A stretch of DNA of 64,000 nt from Candidatus Woesearchaeota archaeon (GCA_049700835.1 JBNAUL010000002.1:334275-398274), one strand, 5' to 3'; counted from the first letter of the stretch, positions 41,058 through 52,506 are shown. Notes: a model not told the origin generated them from the sequence alone. A program made the numbers and translations.

Positions 41058-41708
41058 ATGTTAAAATACGATTTGCATGTTCATACTAAATATTCAAAAT
41101 GCAGCGGTTTGAAACTAAGCACGCTGTTAAAAACAGCAAAGAAAAATGGGTTAAACGGCATAGCAATAACAGACCATAACACAATAAGAGGAGCACTTGC
41201 TCTGAAAAAACTCAACAAGGACAGGAACTTTGAGGTTATTATTGGCGAGGAAATAATGACAAACAATGGAGAACTACTAGCTTATTATTTGAAAGAGGAG
41301 ATAAGACCAGGAGATGTCTTTGAAGTTATTGATAAGATAAAGGAGCAGAATGGCTTGATATCTGTTGCGCACCCATATTCTGTTTACAGGCAAAGAATCG
41401 GCTCTTTCATATTTAAACTAAAAGGAAAGATTGACGCTGTTGAGGTTTTTAATGGGAGAGCAATACTTCCTTATGAGAATAGGCTGGCGCAGAATGCTGC
41501 AAAATTGCTGAATGTTGGGCAGACAGCAGGTTCTGATGCTCATTCAAGAATTGAAATTGGAAAAGCATACACCTTTTTTGATGAAAAATATAATTTGATT
41601 GAAGCAGTTAAAAAGAAAAAAACCAATTTTAAAGGAGTAATTTGGTATGCTTTCCCAGGCGGAATCTCAAGCGGGATTTTCAAGTTAAAAAACTTTTTAA
41701 GAATCTAA
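41058..41708 (+). CDS. PHP-family metal-dependent phosphoesterase
   Basis: DLHVHT, AITDHN, IGEEI, AHP, VEVFNGR, GSDAH. Confidence 0.92.
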   Translation: MLKYDLHVHTKYSKCSGLKLSTLLKTAKKNGLNGIAITDHNTIRGALALKKLNKDRNFEVIIGEEIMTNNGELLAYYLKEEIRPGDVFEVIDKIKEQNGLISVAHPYSVYRQRIGSFIFKLKGKIDAVEVFNGRAILPYENRLAQNAAKLLNVGQTAGSDAHSRIEIGKAYTFFDEKYNLIEAVKKKKTNFKGVIWYAFPGGISSGIFKLKNFLRI

Positions 41709-41957
41709 AATTTTAAAAATCTAAAATAACATGAATAACACATATAGTATATATAGAAATATATAGAATATAGGATATAGAATATAGAATTAAAATATAA
41801 AAATTAAAGTTATGAAATAAATAACAGACAATCATAAAAAAATATGAACAAGATAACAAAAAGAAAGGTTTTCAAAGAAAAGAGATTTGAAAACAAAGTA
41901 GTTTAGCAAATAGTGAATAAAATGTATATCAATATACTTTATAATTATAAAAAACAG

Positions 41958-41972
41958 AAAAATTTATAAATG
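41958..41972 (+). promoter_or_regulatory. BRE/TATA-like promoter of the S-layer gene
   Basis: GAAAAATTTATAAAT about 90 nt upstream of the ATG; GGAGGT Shine-Dalgarno before the start. Confidence 0.5.
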
Positions 41973-42061
41973 AGAAGATATTTCTATCTGATATAGCTGT
42001 GGAATTCTAAGTAAAGATAGCTTAAAAAATAAAAAAAATAAAAAAGAAGGAGGTCTATAAA

Positions 42062-44413
42062 ATGAATAGACTTGTAAAAAAGATTGTAGCTTTTGGAGCT
42101 GGAACTTTTATGCTCGGAGCTACAGTAATGGGAGCATTGGCTGCAGCAAACCTAAACCAATACCCAGCGCCATTTGTGCAGAATGGAAAGTTCAATGGGC
42201 TGATAGTGGTTGGCAGCACAGCAAAAGCAGATGATGTAATTGGAGCAACAGACATTGGGATGAGTTTACAAGCAGCGAATGTAATTGAGAAACCAATAGA
42301 GGGAACAACTCAGACAGTTGTTGAGGGCGGAATAAAAATAGAAACATCTTCAAACAAGTTAAACTATGACGAAACATTGACATCTACTGGCAAGACAGTC
42401 ATAACAGAGACAGATATTCCAGACTTGCTGAAAACAACAACATTGGTTGACAGAAGTGGGAACTCCTATAATGTAAAAACACAGATAGGAGTCATCGGAG
42501 CAAAGGTAAAATTTGGAAAATCGCTTCCAGAGACAGATGAACCCTTGCTGTATGTTGATGTAGCTACAGGAACTCCAACATACACCTTGCAGATACAATT
42601 CCCAACAGCAGTCAACCTGACAAATGCGTATGGAAAGACAATAACATTGTTTGGAAAGGAATACACATTAAGCGACCAAACATCAGAGCTTACGAGCACA
42701 AAGGTAACGCTCTATGGCTCTTCTGTTGATCAGACATTCAACGCAGGAGAAACATCAACAGTGACTGTTGGAGATAAAGAGGTGTCAATACAGGTTATTG
42801 GAGTAAACACACAATCATCAACAGCAACAGCAACAATAAAGGTCAATGATGAAACAGCAACAGTTGAAAAGGGATATACCTATACAATTGGTGGAGAAAG
42901 ATTGTATGTAAAGGATATCTTTGCATACACCCAGCCAGTTGGAGGCGGAGGAGTAAGATTGTTCTTGGGAAGTGAAAAGATAATCTTAGAAAATGGGCAA
43001 CAAGTTGCCAAGGGAGTTTCAGGAACAAACTACATTGATGGAACATCAGTATCAATAAGCTCTTCAGGAGATAAGATTTCAACAATAACAATAACAGTAA
43101 CTCCATACAACCTATATCCGCAGGTAAAGGTTATAAAGAATGGAGAAGATATGGTTGACCCTGTGTTTGGAGCATTCAAGTGGGCATTCACAGGAGGAAG
43201 CGCTGCTTTGGATGACGCTGGAAAGACAAAGGTGAGGGTTTGGTCAAGCGCTGAGGACAGGATGTCAATAGAGTTCACAAGCAAAGCAGGAATAAAGTAT
43301 TCAACGCAATTTGTTTATGGATATAACACAAACCAGACATCATTAAGGATTGGAGATTACACACTCTACACATCAGGAAATAATGTAAGCAAGAATAATT
43401 ACTTCATCCTTGGAAGCGGAGAATACCAGCACATCTTTAGATTAACAGCATTCAGAAACAGTTCATCTGCGCAGAGCATTGTAGTGCAAGACATTGGTTC
43501 TGGAACAAACAACGAGTGGGGCTTTGATTCAAACTATCATGGAACAATGGTCTATGATGGAAACACCTACTACTTTACTGCTCATCCAACAGGAACATCT
43601 GACGGGTATATCTTATTGACAGAAAGCAATTACAGCACACCATACAACTTCACAAATAGATTGTACACAATAAACGACAATTTAATAACAATAACAAATG
43701 AATCAGTAACTGTAGAAGAAAAAACAAATTACAGCGGAGGAACACCAAGTGCTTACGGTGTTATAACAATACCAATAACTTATACATCAGGCGCTTCTGG
43801 AAATGACATAAAGATTTCAATAACACCATCATACAGCGCAACAGCTGGCAGTGCATGGAGTGGAGTAATACAGGTTGGAACCACAGGATACAATTATGAA
43901 GCATTAACTCCTTATGGAACATTCATGAAATACACTGGCGGAGATACTCCATCAGTAGAATTGTATGTTCCAAAGGAAGAAGTGACCTATAATGTATACT
44001 TGGCTCCATTAACAGCAACAGCAGTAACAACAGGCACAGGAACAACTTACAAAGAAGTGCAACCAATAAAGCCAGATGTAACTGTGTTGGATAAAGAGGT
44101 TTCAAACTACCAAGCGCAGAACTTGATAGTTGTTGGAGGACCTTGTGTCAACTCAATTGCAGCAACATTGATGCCATACACAACAGACTGCTGGGAGGGC
44201 TTTACGCCTGGAAAGGCAATAATAAAGCTCTTTGAGCATTCAAACGGAAATGTGGCATTGTTGGTTGCTGGTTATTCAGCAGACGACACAAGGAGAGCTT
44301 CAAAAGTCCTTGCAAACTATAAGGACTATGCTTCAAAGCTCAAGGGAACAGAAGTTGTTGTCAGCGGAATAGACCTGACAAACATCAATGTAGAAGCTCC
44401 AACAACCCAGTAA
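42062..44413 (+). CDS. Major S-layer protein
   Basis: Signal peptide, NLNQYPAPFV..LIVVGSTAKADDVIGA N-domain, NLIVVGGPCVNSIAA..ALLVAGYSADDT C-domain; strong SD; T-rich tract downstream. Confidence 0.88.
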   Translation: MNRLVKKIVAFGAGTFMLGATVMGALAAANLNQYPAPFVQNGKFNGLIVVGSTAKADDVIGATDIGMSLQAANVIEKPIEGTTQTVVEGGIKIETSSNKLNYDETLTSTGKTVITETDIPDLLKTTTLVDRSGNSYNVKTQIGVIGAKVKFGKSLPETDEPLLYVDVATGTPTYTLQIQFPTAVNLTNAYGKTITLFGKEYTLSDQTSELTSTKVTLYGSSVDQTFNAGETSTVTVGDKEVSIQVIGVNTQSSTATATIKVNDETATVEKGYTYTIGGERLYVKDIFAYTQPVGGGGVRLFLGSEKIILENGQQVAKGVSGTNYIDGTSVSISSSGDKISTITITVTPYNLYPQVKVIKNGEDMVDPVFGAFKWAFTGGSAALDDAGKTKVRVWSSAEDRMSIEFTSKAGIKYSTQFVYGYNTNQTSLRIGDYTLYTSGNNVSKNNYFILGSGEYQHIFRLTAFRNSSSAQSIVVQDIGSGTNNEWGFDSNYHGTMVYDGNTYYFTAHPTGTSDGYILLTESNYSTPYNFTNRLYTINDNLITITNESVTVEEKTNYSGGTPSAYGVITIPITYTSGASGNDIKISITPSYSATAGSAWSGVIQVGTTGYNYEALTPYGTFMKYTGGDTPSVELYVPKEEVTYNVYLAPLTATAVTTGTGTTYKEVQPIKPDVTVLDKEVSNYQAQNLIVVGGPCVNSIAATLMPYTTDCWEGFTPGKAIIKLFEHSNGNVALLVAGYSADDTRRASKVLANYKDYASKLKGTEVVVSGIDLTNINVEAPTTQ

Positions 44414-44440
44414 GTTTAAGTGCTTGAAACAACAAAAAAA

Positions 44441-44470
44441 ATTTTTTATTTTTTTTATTTTTATTTTTTT
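44441..44470 (+). terminator. Oligo-T archaeal terminator after the S-layer gene
   Basis: ATTTTTTATTTTTTTTATTTTTATTTTTTT shortly after the stop codon. Confidence 0.5.
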
Positions 44471-44546
44471 AGAATAAAATTTTGAACAGCAAAAAGAAGT
44501 TTTCTAATTTAAAACAAATTCATCAAATTAAAAATTTGGATTAAAA

Positions 44547-44646
44547 NNNNNNNNNNNNNNNNNNNNNNNNNNNNNNNNNNNNNNNNNNNNNNNNNNNNNN
44601 NNNNNNNNNNNNNNNNNNNNNNNNNNNNNNNNNNNNNNNNNNNNNN
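44547..44646. other. Assembly gap (100 N)
   Basis: Run of N. Confidence 1.
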
Positions 44647-44817
44647 AATAACTTTAAATAAAAAATGATTGCTAAGATTTGGATTTTTAGATGTTATTCA
44701 TTTTATTTTGTAAAAATCAATGAAAGCAAAAGAGGGAAAAGTTTAAATAATAGAAATGTTTTTATGTTTTAATAACAAAAAAGAAATTCATTATATTAAT
44801 TTTTGAGAGGGAAAAGC

Positions 44818-45090
44818 ATGCTAAGAATGAAAAGAATAAGCGAAACATACAACATGAGAGTTTTCACAGAGGATGGGGATTACTTTGGGGATGTTGAGGA
44901 AGCCCTGCTCGGAGAGAACAAAGTGAGCGGGTGGCGAATAAGAGCCACAAGGGGTTCTTACCTGAGCAAGATTGTTGGGAATGCAAAAGGAGTAATAGTT
45001 CCTCATCAGCTTGTAAAAAACATTGGAGACATAATGCTCATAAGCAGGCAGGCGGTTCCAAACTACAAGGGTTCTGAAGAGGAAGAATAA
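44818..45090 (+). CDS. PRC-barrel domain protein
   Basis: ISETYNMRVFTEDGDYFGDVEE...IVPHQLVKNIGDIMLI; ATG 44818 after GAGGG. Confidence 0.85.
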   Translation: MLRMKRISETYNMRVFTEDGDYFGDVEEALLGENKVSGWRIRATRGSYLSKIVGNAKGVIVPHQLVKNIGDIMLISRQAVPNYKGSEEEE

Positions 45091-45388
45091 AAATTACTGT
45101 TGCTGAGAAGAATACAATATTTAATACAATCCTTAAGTTAATAACGAGCAGAACAAACATTATAATTAAAAAAATAAAGCAACCAGTAAGTTATAGAAGA
45201 GTAAAAGAGAAAGTACAAGAAGAAAAAGTACAAGAGGACAGCAGTAAATTTGCTGGATTTTAAATCTTTCTTTTATGATTTTTGTTTTATGTTTTGTTTT
45301 TGCTGTTTTCTTTTACTTTGTTTCAAACAAAAATAATTTTAACTTTATGATAGTAAATAATTTATACTAGTACTAATTATTCTGTTTT

Positions 45389-46567
45389 ATGGCAAAGATT
45401 AATGAATATTTTAAGGATTTTAATGCTAAAAAATGGTTTGACCTAAACAAGGGTTTAAGCGCAAAGGACATAAAGAAAAATGGTTCTGAAACAGAAATAA
45501 TAGGAATAGAAGAACTAATGGACTTCTTAATTGAATTAAAGGAAGGAAGCGCTGAGTATGCTGTCCTTGATAAGAGGCAGGCACTTTTTCCAATGAAATA
45601 TTACATTGATTACGATTTTCCTTCTGAAGCGTTCATAACATTAGCAAACACGATAAACATTCCTTATTTTACAAGAAAAGAAAGAGTAGAACAGGGAAGC
45701 CCTCAAAAACTTTTCATTGAGAAATACTTTGATTATTGTCTAAGTGCTGAAGAGAAGATAAAAAGTTCTGCTCATTATTCTTTTGACACAGAACATTTTA
45801 ATGATTATTTTTGCACAAGGGGTTTTAAGTACATGAAATCAACAAGCACTCATGCTATAATATCTGAAAACCACATTTTAAGGGGTTGGCTGTTGTTCAG
45901 CATTCTGACAAAACTCTCAGAGAAAGGACTTTACTGCATGGAATATTCAAGCGCAGGAGGAAATTTTTACATGCGAGTTCCATCAACATCAACCAGGAGC
46001 AAAGATTTAGACGAAATACTTAATGGAAAGGAAAGAAAGGATGTTGTGACAATGAACTATGCCACAGAAGAAAAGGGCTTGAAGGGTTTAGAGGAATGGC
46101 ATTTGCTGCACGCAAAGGTTGAGGACAAAGGAGAGATTTACCGCGGAAAAAGAACAAGATACAAGATTCCAGAGGAATTTTTAGATCACAGGATAATTGC
46201 AACAATGATTTCAAGGCAGTTCGTTTATAAAATATTAAATAAGGAAGAAAATTTGAAACCAGAAGATTTCAACATAAGGGATTATGCTGAAAAACCAAAG
46301 GAACTTAAAAAAGTGATTTACAACATTATTCCAATGCCTGATAGAGAAGCAATAGCCCTTTATTCAAAAATAATTAACAGGGTTGTTGTCAAGGGAAGGG
46401 AAAATCCAAAGCTGAGCATAAGGGAAATTGAGAGTTTGTTCTCTGCTGCAAACAAAAATATATTCCTAAAAAACAAAAACATTTATTTGCAAAACAATTC
46501 ATATGAGAATCTTGTTTTACATAGGGATATGATTTTAGAAGAGTTTTTAAAGTGGGTTCTTGAATAA
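45389..46567 (+). CDS. Hypothetical protein
   Basis: 392-aa ORF, TATA-like TTTATA about 25 nt upstream, no motif recognised. Confidence 0.7.
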   Translation: MAKINEYFKDFNAKKWFDLNKGLSAKDIKKNGSETEIIGIEELMDFLIELKEGSAEYAVLDKRQALFPMKYYIDYDFPSEAFITLANTINIPYFTRKERVEQGSPQKLFIEKYFDYCLSAEEKIKSSAHYSFDTEHFNDYFCTRGFKYMKSTSTHAIISENHILRGWLLFSILTKLSEKGLYCMEYSSAGGNFYMRVPSTSTRSKDLDEILNGKERKDVVTMNYATEEKGLKGLEEWHLLHAKVEDKGEIYRGKRTRYKIPEEFLDHRIIATMISRQFVYKILNKEENLKPEDFNIRDYAEKPKELKKVIYNIIPMPDREAIALYSKIINRVVVKGRENPKLSIREIESLFSAANKNIFLKNKNIYLQNNSYENLVLHRDMILEEFLKWVLE

Positions 46568-46936
46568 TTTTAAATAATCTTGAACAACCTTAAATAATGT
46601 TAAATAATTAAATAAAGTTTGCAGGATTTTGTAAGATTAAAAAGAGAGCAAGATTAAAACCTAAATTATCATTAAGAAGTTAAGGATCAATATTATTAAT
46701 TAGGATAAGATTAATTATAAGATTAATTAAATTAAAATCTTCTTAAATCGGCTTTTTAACATCTGCCTTTTCAGCCTTGATTAAAGCATTGATTAAGATT
46801 ATTTTATTTTTTATTATGTGTTTTTGATTTTATTTTAATTTTTTGAATTTTAACAATGCACAAATTAATTTATCTTGCAAAAAGAAATTCTTATTTTATT
46901 TCTTGCTTAACTAAATCAAGAATTTCTCAATCAATC

Positions 46937-47242
46937 TTAATCGATCATTTCTATTTCGATATTCAAACCGTCTGGAACAGGAACTCTCATCACCAATCTC
47001 AAAGTTCTCTCATCTGCTTCCAAATCAATCAATCTCTTATGGATCCTCATTTCATACCTTTCATAGGTCTCTGAACCGTCTCCGCAAGGCGATTTTCTTG
47101 TAATCACTTTCAGTTTCTTTGTTGGCAAGGGAATAGGGCCCCTGATTTCAACTCCTGTTTTTTCTACTATTGACTTTATGTAGTCACATGTTTGGTTTAT
47201 CTTTTCAATATCCGTACTCGCTAACTTTATTCTTGCCTTCAT
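46937..47242 (-). CDS. rps10: 30S ribosomal protein S10 (uS10)
   Basis: KARIKLAS, GPIPLPTK, RKSPCGDG, YEMRIHKRLID. Confidence 0.97.
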   Translation of the reverse strand: MKARIKLASTDIEKINQTCDYIKSIVEKTGVEIRGPIPLPTKKLKVITRKSPCGDGSETYERYEMRIHKRLIDLEADERTLRLVMRVPVPDGLNIEIEMID

Positions 47243-47422
47243 AAAAACCACTCTTTTTGCTTATATTCTTGCTGTGTTTCAGCGCCTTTTATTGTTTTTA
47301 GCGTCATTGCCTCTTAAATCATGATAACCAAGGATTATCATGAATCCATTTCTTTTATTTTATTATTTTATTGAAATAAAAAATAAAAAGTTATAAAAAG
47401 TTAAAAAACAAAAAATATGAGC

Positions 47423-48715
47423 TTAAAGCTCTTTTTTAACTATGTCAATGCACATTCCAGCAGCAACTGTTGTTCCTGAATCCCTGACTGCAAACCTTGC
47501 CAATTGAGGAATATCCTTTTGTTTTTCAATGACCAGTGGAGTCATTGGTTTTATCCTCACAATGGCTGCGTCTCCATTCTTCAGGAAATCAGGTTTTTCC
47601 TGAATTGTTTCTCCTGTTGCAGGATTTATCTTTTTAATTAACTCAATAAACTGGCATGCAACTTGCGCTGTGTGAATATGGAACACAGGCGTGTAGCCAG
47701 TGGTTATAACTGTTGGATGATTCAAAACAATTATCTGCGCTGTGAATTCTGTAGCAACTGTTGGTATGTTGTCAAGGTGTCCAATGACATCTCCTCTTGC
47801 AATGTCCTTCTTTCCAAAACCCCTGACGTTAAAACCAATGTTGTCTCCTGGTTCTGCCTGCTGCATCTGTTCATGATGCATCTCTATGCTCTTAACCTCT
47901 CCTGTTATTCCCTTTCCTTCCCTTGCAGGAACAGCGATTACCTTATCTCCAACCTTTAAAACTCCTGTTTCAACTCTGCCAACAGGAACAACTCCAATAC
48001 CTGTGATGTTATAAACATCTTGTATCGGCAACCTCAATGGAAGATTTATTGGTTTTTCAGGAGGAGTAAGCATGTCCAATGCTTCTAACAATGTTGGGCC
48101 CTTGTACCACGGCATGTTTGAACTCTTGTTCACAATGTTGTCTCCTGGATAGGCTGCTATTGCCAAGAATAATGTTTTTTCAGGGTTATAACCAACTGTT
48201 TTCAAGAGTTTTGAAACCTCATCCTTGACTTCGTTAAATCTCTTTTCATCATACTTTGCCATGTCCATCTTGTTTATTGCAACTATAATCTGCTGAACTC
48301 CGAGGGTTCTTGCTAAGAAAACATGCTCCTTTGTTTGAGCTTGAACACCATCGCCAGGGTTTGCTGAAACAACCAGAACAGCAGCGTCTGCCTGAGAAGC
48401 ACCTGTAATCATATTCTTAATGAAGTCCCTGTGTCCTGGAGCGTCAATTATTGTAAAATAATACTTTGGAGTTTCAAACTTTTTGTGAGAAAGGTCTATT
48501 GTAACTCCTCTTTCACGCTCCTCTTTCAAGTTGTCCATAATAAATGCAAACTCAAAACCTGCCTTTCCAAGTTCCTGAGCTTTTTCCTTTAACTTTCTCA
48601 GCGTTTGCTCATCTATGTTTTTTGAGTCAAACAGCAATCTTCCCACGGTGGTTGATTTTCCATGGTCTACATGTCCTATAAAGACAATGTTTATGTGCTC
48701 TTTTCCTTTTGCCAT
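47423..48715 (-). CDS. tuf: Translation elongation factor 1-alpha
   Basis: [42 protein letters not shown]. Confidence 0.98.
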   Translation of the reverse strand: MAKGKEHINIVFIGHVDHGKSTTVGRLLFDSKNIDEQTLRKLKEKAQELGKAGFEFAFIMDNLKEERERGVTIDLSHKKFETPKYYFTIIDAPGHRDFIKNMITGASQADAAVLVVSANPGDGVQAQTKEHVFLARTLGVQQIIVAINKMDMAKYDEKRFNEVKDEVSKLLKTVGYNPEKTLFLAIAAYPGDNIVNKSSNMPWYKGPTLLEALDMLTPPEKPINLPLRLPIQDVYNITGIGVVPVGRVETGVLKVGDKVIAVPAREGKGITGEVKSIEMHHEQMQQAEPGDNIGFNVRGFGKKDIARGDVIGHLDNIPTVATEFTAQIIVLNHPTVITTGYTPVFHIHTAQVACQFIELIKKINPATGETIQEKPDFLKNGDAAIVRIKPMTPLVIEKQKDIPQLARFAVRDSGTTVAAGMCIDIVKKEL

Positions 48716-49021
48716 TTTAAGACCTCCTTGTTCTTATTATTCTTGTTTTGTTGTTCTTTTTGCATCTCTTATATTTGTTTTAATCGCGAACAATGCAATT
48801 TAATTGATCGCCTATTTTTCAATCTTTTGTTTTTTGTTTTTGATTTTTTTCTTTTTATTTTCTTTTTTTTTGGCTTTCTCTTTTCTTAATCAAGGTTTTT
48901 GTTTTTATATATAAAATTTGTGGTTTAACGCATTAAGCAAGGTTTTTAAACAACAATTAAAAGCGCTAAATTTTTTGCATAATGCTTAAACTGCTTGCAT
49001 TGTTCTTATTGTTCTCTTTGT

Positions 49022-51226
49022 TTAAGCATTGCTGTCCTTGACAGCAATTCCGTATTCCCCAACCTTCAAACCTTTTCTCGTTCTTATCTTATTTATAACC
49101 TGCTCTGCCAATTCATAAGGCAGTTTCTCAAATGTTTGATCAACTAAAAACTGAACTCCTCTGCCAGACGTTGCTGACCTCACATCGTTGCTTAAGCCCA
49201 ATGATTCTGCAACAGGTAGTTTTGCTCTTATAATTATCTCTGAACCTTGGTGCTGCATGTCAAGGAGCTGCCCTCTCCTTGCACTTATTAATTTTGAGAG
49301 TTCTCCCATATACTCTTCAGGGGCTTCAAACTGCATTGTCTGTATCGGTTCTAAAAGCAATGGTTTAGCGTTCATCATTGCAATCCTTATTCCATCCCTT
49401 ACAGCAGGGTAGATTTGAGCAGGGCCCCTGTGGATTGCATCCTCGTGAAGTTTTGCGTCGGAGAGATAAACCTTTATTCCTGTACACGGTTCTCTTGCAA
49501 TAGGGCCTGCTGACATTACGTCCTCAAACATGTCCATTATCATCTCAATAACCTCTCCAATATGGACAATCCCCCTTGTAAGATCAATCAATAAGTTTCC
49601 GTTGAATATATCCTTTACTTTCCTTGCAATTTGAGAGTCTAAACCGTATTTTTCAAGAGACGCCCAAACCTCTTCATTTTTTTTCTTTAACCTCATTTCA
49701 GGTATCTTGCCTTCCTTTATTGCCTGCCAAATCTCCTTTTCCAATGGTTCAACATAAAAGTAGAGTTTGTTGTGCTTGTTAGGGGATTTTCCCTCAACCT
49801 CAGGGGATTTTTGCGAAACTGTTTCTCTGTAAACAACAATCGGGTTGCTTGTCTTTACATCAACTCCTTTTTCAGTTCTTATCCTGTTCTCAATGATTTC
49901 TAAATGCAGCTCTCCCATTCCGCTTATAAGATGCTCTCCTGTTTCTTCATTAATTTCAATCTTTACTCCAGGATCTTCCTTGTTAACCTGCCTCAAAACA
50001 TCAATCAGTTTTGGAAGGTCTGATGCCTTTTTTGCTTCTATTGCCTTTGTAACAACTGGTTCAAAGATGTGCTTTATCTCCTCAAATGGCTCTATTTCAG
50101 AGGTTGAAATTGTTTCTCCTACTCTTACATCCCTTAAACCCACAACTCCTACTATGTTGCCTGCAAGCGCTTCCTCTACAATCTCTCTCTTTGGCCCGTT
50201 GTAGATTGAAATCTGCTGAATTCTGACTTTTTTCTTTGCCATGCTCATATAAACTTCTTGGCCTGTTTTCATCGTGCCTGAGAATATTCTTCCTGCGGCA
50301 ACCTCTCCTGCGTGCTTGTCAATCACGATTTTTGTGACAACAAAAGCAAGTTCTCCATTAGGATTACATGAGAGCAATGACTTGCCGACTTCTGAGTTCA
50401 AGTCACCATGCCATATTTTTGGTATTCTGTACTTTTGTGCTTCTATTGGATTTGGATGGTGCCTTATAACCATGTTGAGTATAACCTTATGCAAAGGAGC
50501 CCTCTTTGAGAGTTCCTTATACGCCTCTGGATCTGATGATGAATAAGCTTCAATGATGTCTTTGAATGTTATTCCTGTCTTTTTCATGTAAGGAAAAGAA
50601 ACAGCCCATTTGTGGAACGCGCTTCCGAAAGCAACACTTCCTTCTTCAACATTCAACTGCCACTTATCCTTGAATTCGTCCTCTGCTATGTTCCTTATGA
50701 GCTTGTTTACATCGTTTATTATTCTTACAAATCTTTCCTGCATCTGTTCAGGAGTTAGTTTAAGTTCTTTTATCAACCTGTCAACCTTGTTTATGAATAA
50801 AACTGGCTTTACCCTTTCCCTCAATGCCTGCTTAAGGACTGTTTCTGTTTGCGGCATAACTCCTTCAACAGCGCAAACAAGGACAATTGTTCCATCAATA
50901 GCCCTCATCGCCCTTGTTACATCTCCCCCAAAATCTACATGCCCAGGAGTATCTATGAGGTTTATCAAGTACTCGTCGTTTTCAAATTCATGCACCATTG
51001 AACAATTGGCAGCGTCAATCGTTATTCCCCTTTGAATTTCATCCTCATGAAAATCAAGAACCAATTGCTTTCCTGCAAGTTCTTGGGATATCATTCCTGC
51101 TCCTGCTATCAAATTGTCAGAGAATGTTGTCTTCCCGTGGTCAATGTGAGCAGAAGTGCAAATATTTCTGATGTTTTCTGGTTTTTTCATAATCCTCAAA
51201 ACCTTGTCAACCATCTTTTCAGCCAT
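49022..51226 (-). CDS. fusA: Translation elongation factor 2
   Basis: AHIDHGKTT, DTPGHVDFGGDV, NKVD, GMGELHLE, KSPNKHN, diphthamide loop HEDAIHRG. Confidence 0.98.
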   Translation of the reverse strand: MAEKMVDKVLRIMKKPENIRNICTSAHIDHGKTTFSDNLIAGAGMISQELAGKQLVLDFHEDEIQRGITIDAANCSMVHEFENDEYLINLIDTPGHVDFGGDVTRAMRAIDGTIVLVCAVEGVMPQTETVLKQALRERVKPVLFINKVDRLIKELKLTPEQMQERFVRIINDVNKLIRNIAEDEFKDKWQLNVEEGSVAFGSAFHKWAVSFPYMKKTGITFKDIIEAYSSSDPEAYKELSKRAPLHKVILNMVIRHHPNPIEAQKYRIPKIWHGDLNSEVGKSLLSCNPNGELAFVVTKIVIDKHAGEVAAGRIFSGTMKTGQEVYMSMAKKKVRIQQISIYNGPKREIVEEALAGNIVGVVGLRDVRVGETISTSEIEPFEEIKHIFEPVVTKAIEAKKASDLPKLIDVLRQVNKEDPGVKIEINEETGEHLISGMGELHLEIIENRIRTEKGVDVKTSNPIVVYRETVSQKSPEVEGKSPNKHNKLYFYVEPLEKEIWQAIKEGKIPEMRLKKKNEEVWASLEKYGLDSQIARKVKDIFNGNLLIDLTRGIVHIGEVIEMIMDMFEDVMSAGPIAREPCTGIKVYLSDAKLHEDAIHRGPAQIYPAVRDGIRIAMMNAKPLLLEPIQTMQFEAPEEYMGELSKLISARRGQLLDMQHQGSEIIIRAKLPVAESLGLSNDVRSATSGRGVQFLVDQTFEKLPYELAEQVINKIRTRKGLKVGEYGIAVKDSNA

Positions 51227-51291
51227 AAAATCACCTTGTTATCTTCTTATTCTTATTTTAGCATGTCCTCATATCTTATTTTAGCATGATT

Positions 51292-51771
51292 TCAAAAAGT
51301 GTGCTGCTCGTGAACTGTTCTGTATTTGAACAATTCTGTTTCTGAAAACCAAAGTTTTATTTCCTTTTCAGCAGATTCTTTGCTGTCTGAAGCATGAATC
51401 AGGTTTTTGACTGCCTTTTTGTTTGCATCAGCGTATTCTGCAGAGTGCATCGCATAGTCTCCTCTTATTGTTCCTGCAGGCGCTTTTCTCGGTTCTGTAG
51501 GCCCAACTATCTTTCTTACTATCTCAACAGCATGAATTCCTTCAAGCACTATCGCAATCACAGGACTTTCTGTAATCATTTGCTCCAAAAAAATGTAAAA
51601 TGGTTTTTGAAGGTGCTCTCTGTAATGATTCTTTGCAAAATCCTTGTTCACCAAAAGCATCTTCATGCCAACAATCTTCAATCCTGTTTTTTCAAATCTT
51701 GATATTATTTCTCCAACAATCTGCCTTTGCACAGCATCTGGCTTTAAAATGACTAAGGTTCTTTCAATCAT
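51292..51771 (-). CDS. ndk: Nucleoside diphosphate kinase
   Basis: ERTLVILKPDAVQR, GTIRGD, NLIHASDS catalytic His. Confidence 0.96.
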   Translation of the reverse strand: MIERTLVILKPDAVQRQIVGEIISRFEKTGLKIVGMKMLLVNKDFAKNHYREHLQKPFYIFLEQMITESPVIAIVLEGIHAVEIVRKIVGPTEPRKAPAGTIRGDYAMHSAEYADANKKAVKNLIHASDSKESAEKEIKLWFSETELFKYRTVHEQHTF

Positions 51772-51995
51772 TTTTCCCACCAATATTTTTTTATGGTTTT
51801 GTTAAGCGCAATTTAAGCGCATTTAATTCCAACCCATTGAATCTCAATCATTTAAATCATTTCGATCATTAAATTCTGATTTTCATGATTGATTATCATA
51901 ATTTATAATTCATAATTTCCATTTTTTCATTCGTTATTTGTTATTTCTGCAGCAGAGCATAGAGCATGTGCGAAATCTTTTAAAATTGTTAATTT

Positions 51996-52244
51996 TTATT
52001 CTTGCTTTCTGTTGTTTAACTTTTCTTTTTTCCCTTCTTTTGAAACCAAGTTCTCTTTTTTCTCTTTTGCTCTCTGCTTTGCAAATTCCTGAGTCCACTT
52101 TAGTTCTGAGGGTTTTCTGCCGAGTTTCAGGTAATTCTTAAAACACTTGCTTGAGCACAGATGGATGAGAGCACCTGTCTTTTTTACAAATGTCATTCCG
52201 CTTCCTTCCTTTATAGTTCTACCGCAAAAATTGCATTTTGTCAT
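51996..52244 (-). CDS. rpl24e: 50S ribosomal protein L24e
   Basis: CNFCG..I..G.G..FV..G...LCSSKC...LKWT. Confidence 0.96.
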   Translation of the reverse strand: MTKCNFCGRTIKEGSGMTFVKKTGALIHLCSSKCFKNYLKLGRKPSELKWTQEFAKQRAKEKKENLVSKEGKKEKLNNRKQE

Positions 52245-52254
52245 TCTAAACCAC

Positions 52255-52506
52255 CTAACCCTTTCTCTTGTGCATCAAGTCCTTTGCTTCAATTTCTGTT
52301 TCCCTCAACATCAATATGTCTCCTGTCTTTACAGGACCCATTACATTTCTCCTCAGCAATTTATTGGCGTCAGGACCCTCAAGTATTCTGCATCTGACTT
52401 GCGTTACCTCGCCGCTCATCCCTGTTCTTCCAAGGATTTCCTCTACTCTTGCAGCCCAAGCAGGAGTAAAAACCGCATTTTCAACGCCTTTATCCTTTTT
52501 TGTCAT
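52255..52506 (-). CDS. rps28e: 30S ribosomal protein S28e
   Basis: [41 protein letters not shown]. Confidence 0.96.
   Translation of the reverse strand: MTKKDKGVENAVFTPAWAARVEEILGRTGMSGEVTQVRCRILEGPDANKLLRRNVMGPVKTGDILMLRETEIEAKDLMHKRKG

Noticed and set aside
41741..41790. CRISPR or iteron array suggested by ATATAG repeats upstream of the S-layer gene
   Set aside because: Low-complexity microsatellite with no unique spacers; no cas or cdc6 genes and no regular 25-40 bp repeats anywhere in the window.
47319..47343. 9-bp inverted repeat TCATGATAA/TTATCATGA between tuf and rps10
   Set aside because: Single AT-rich hairpin with no second copy or other supporting context.
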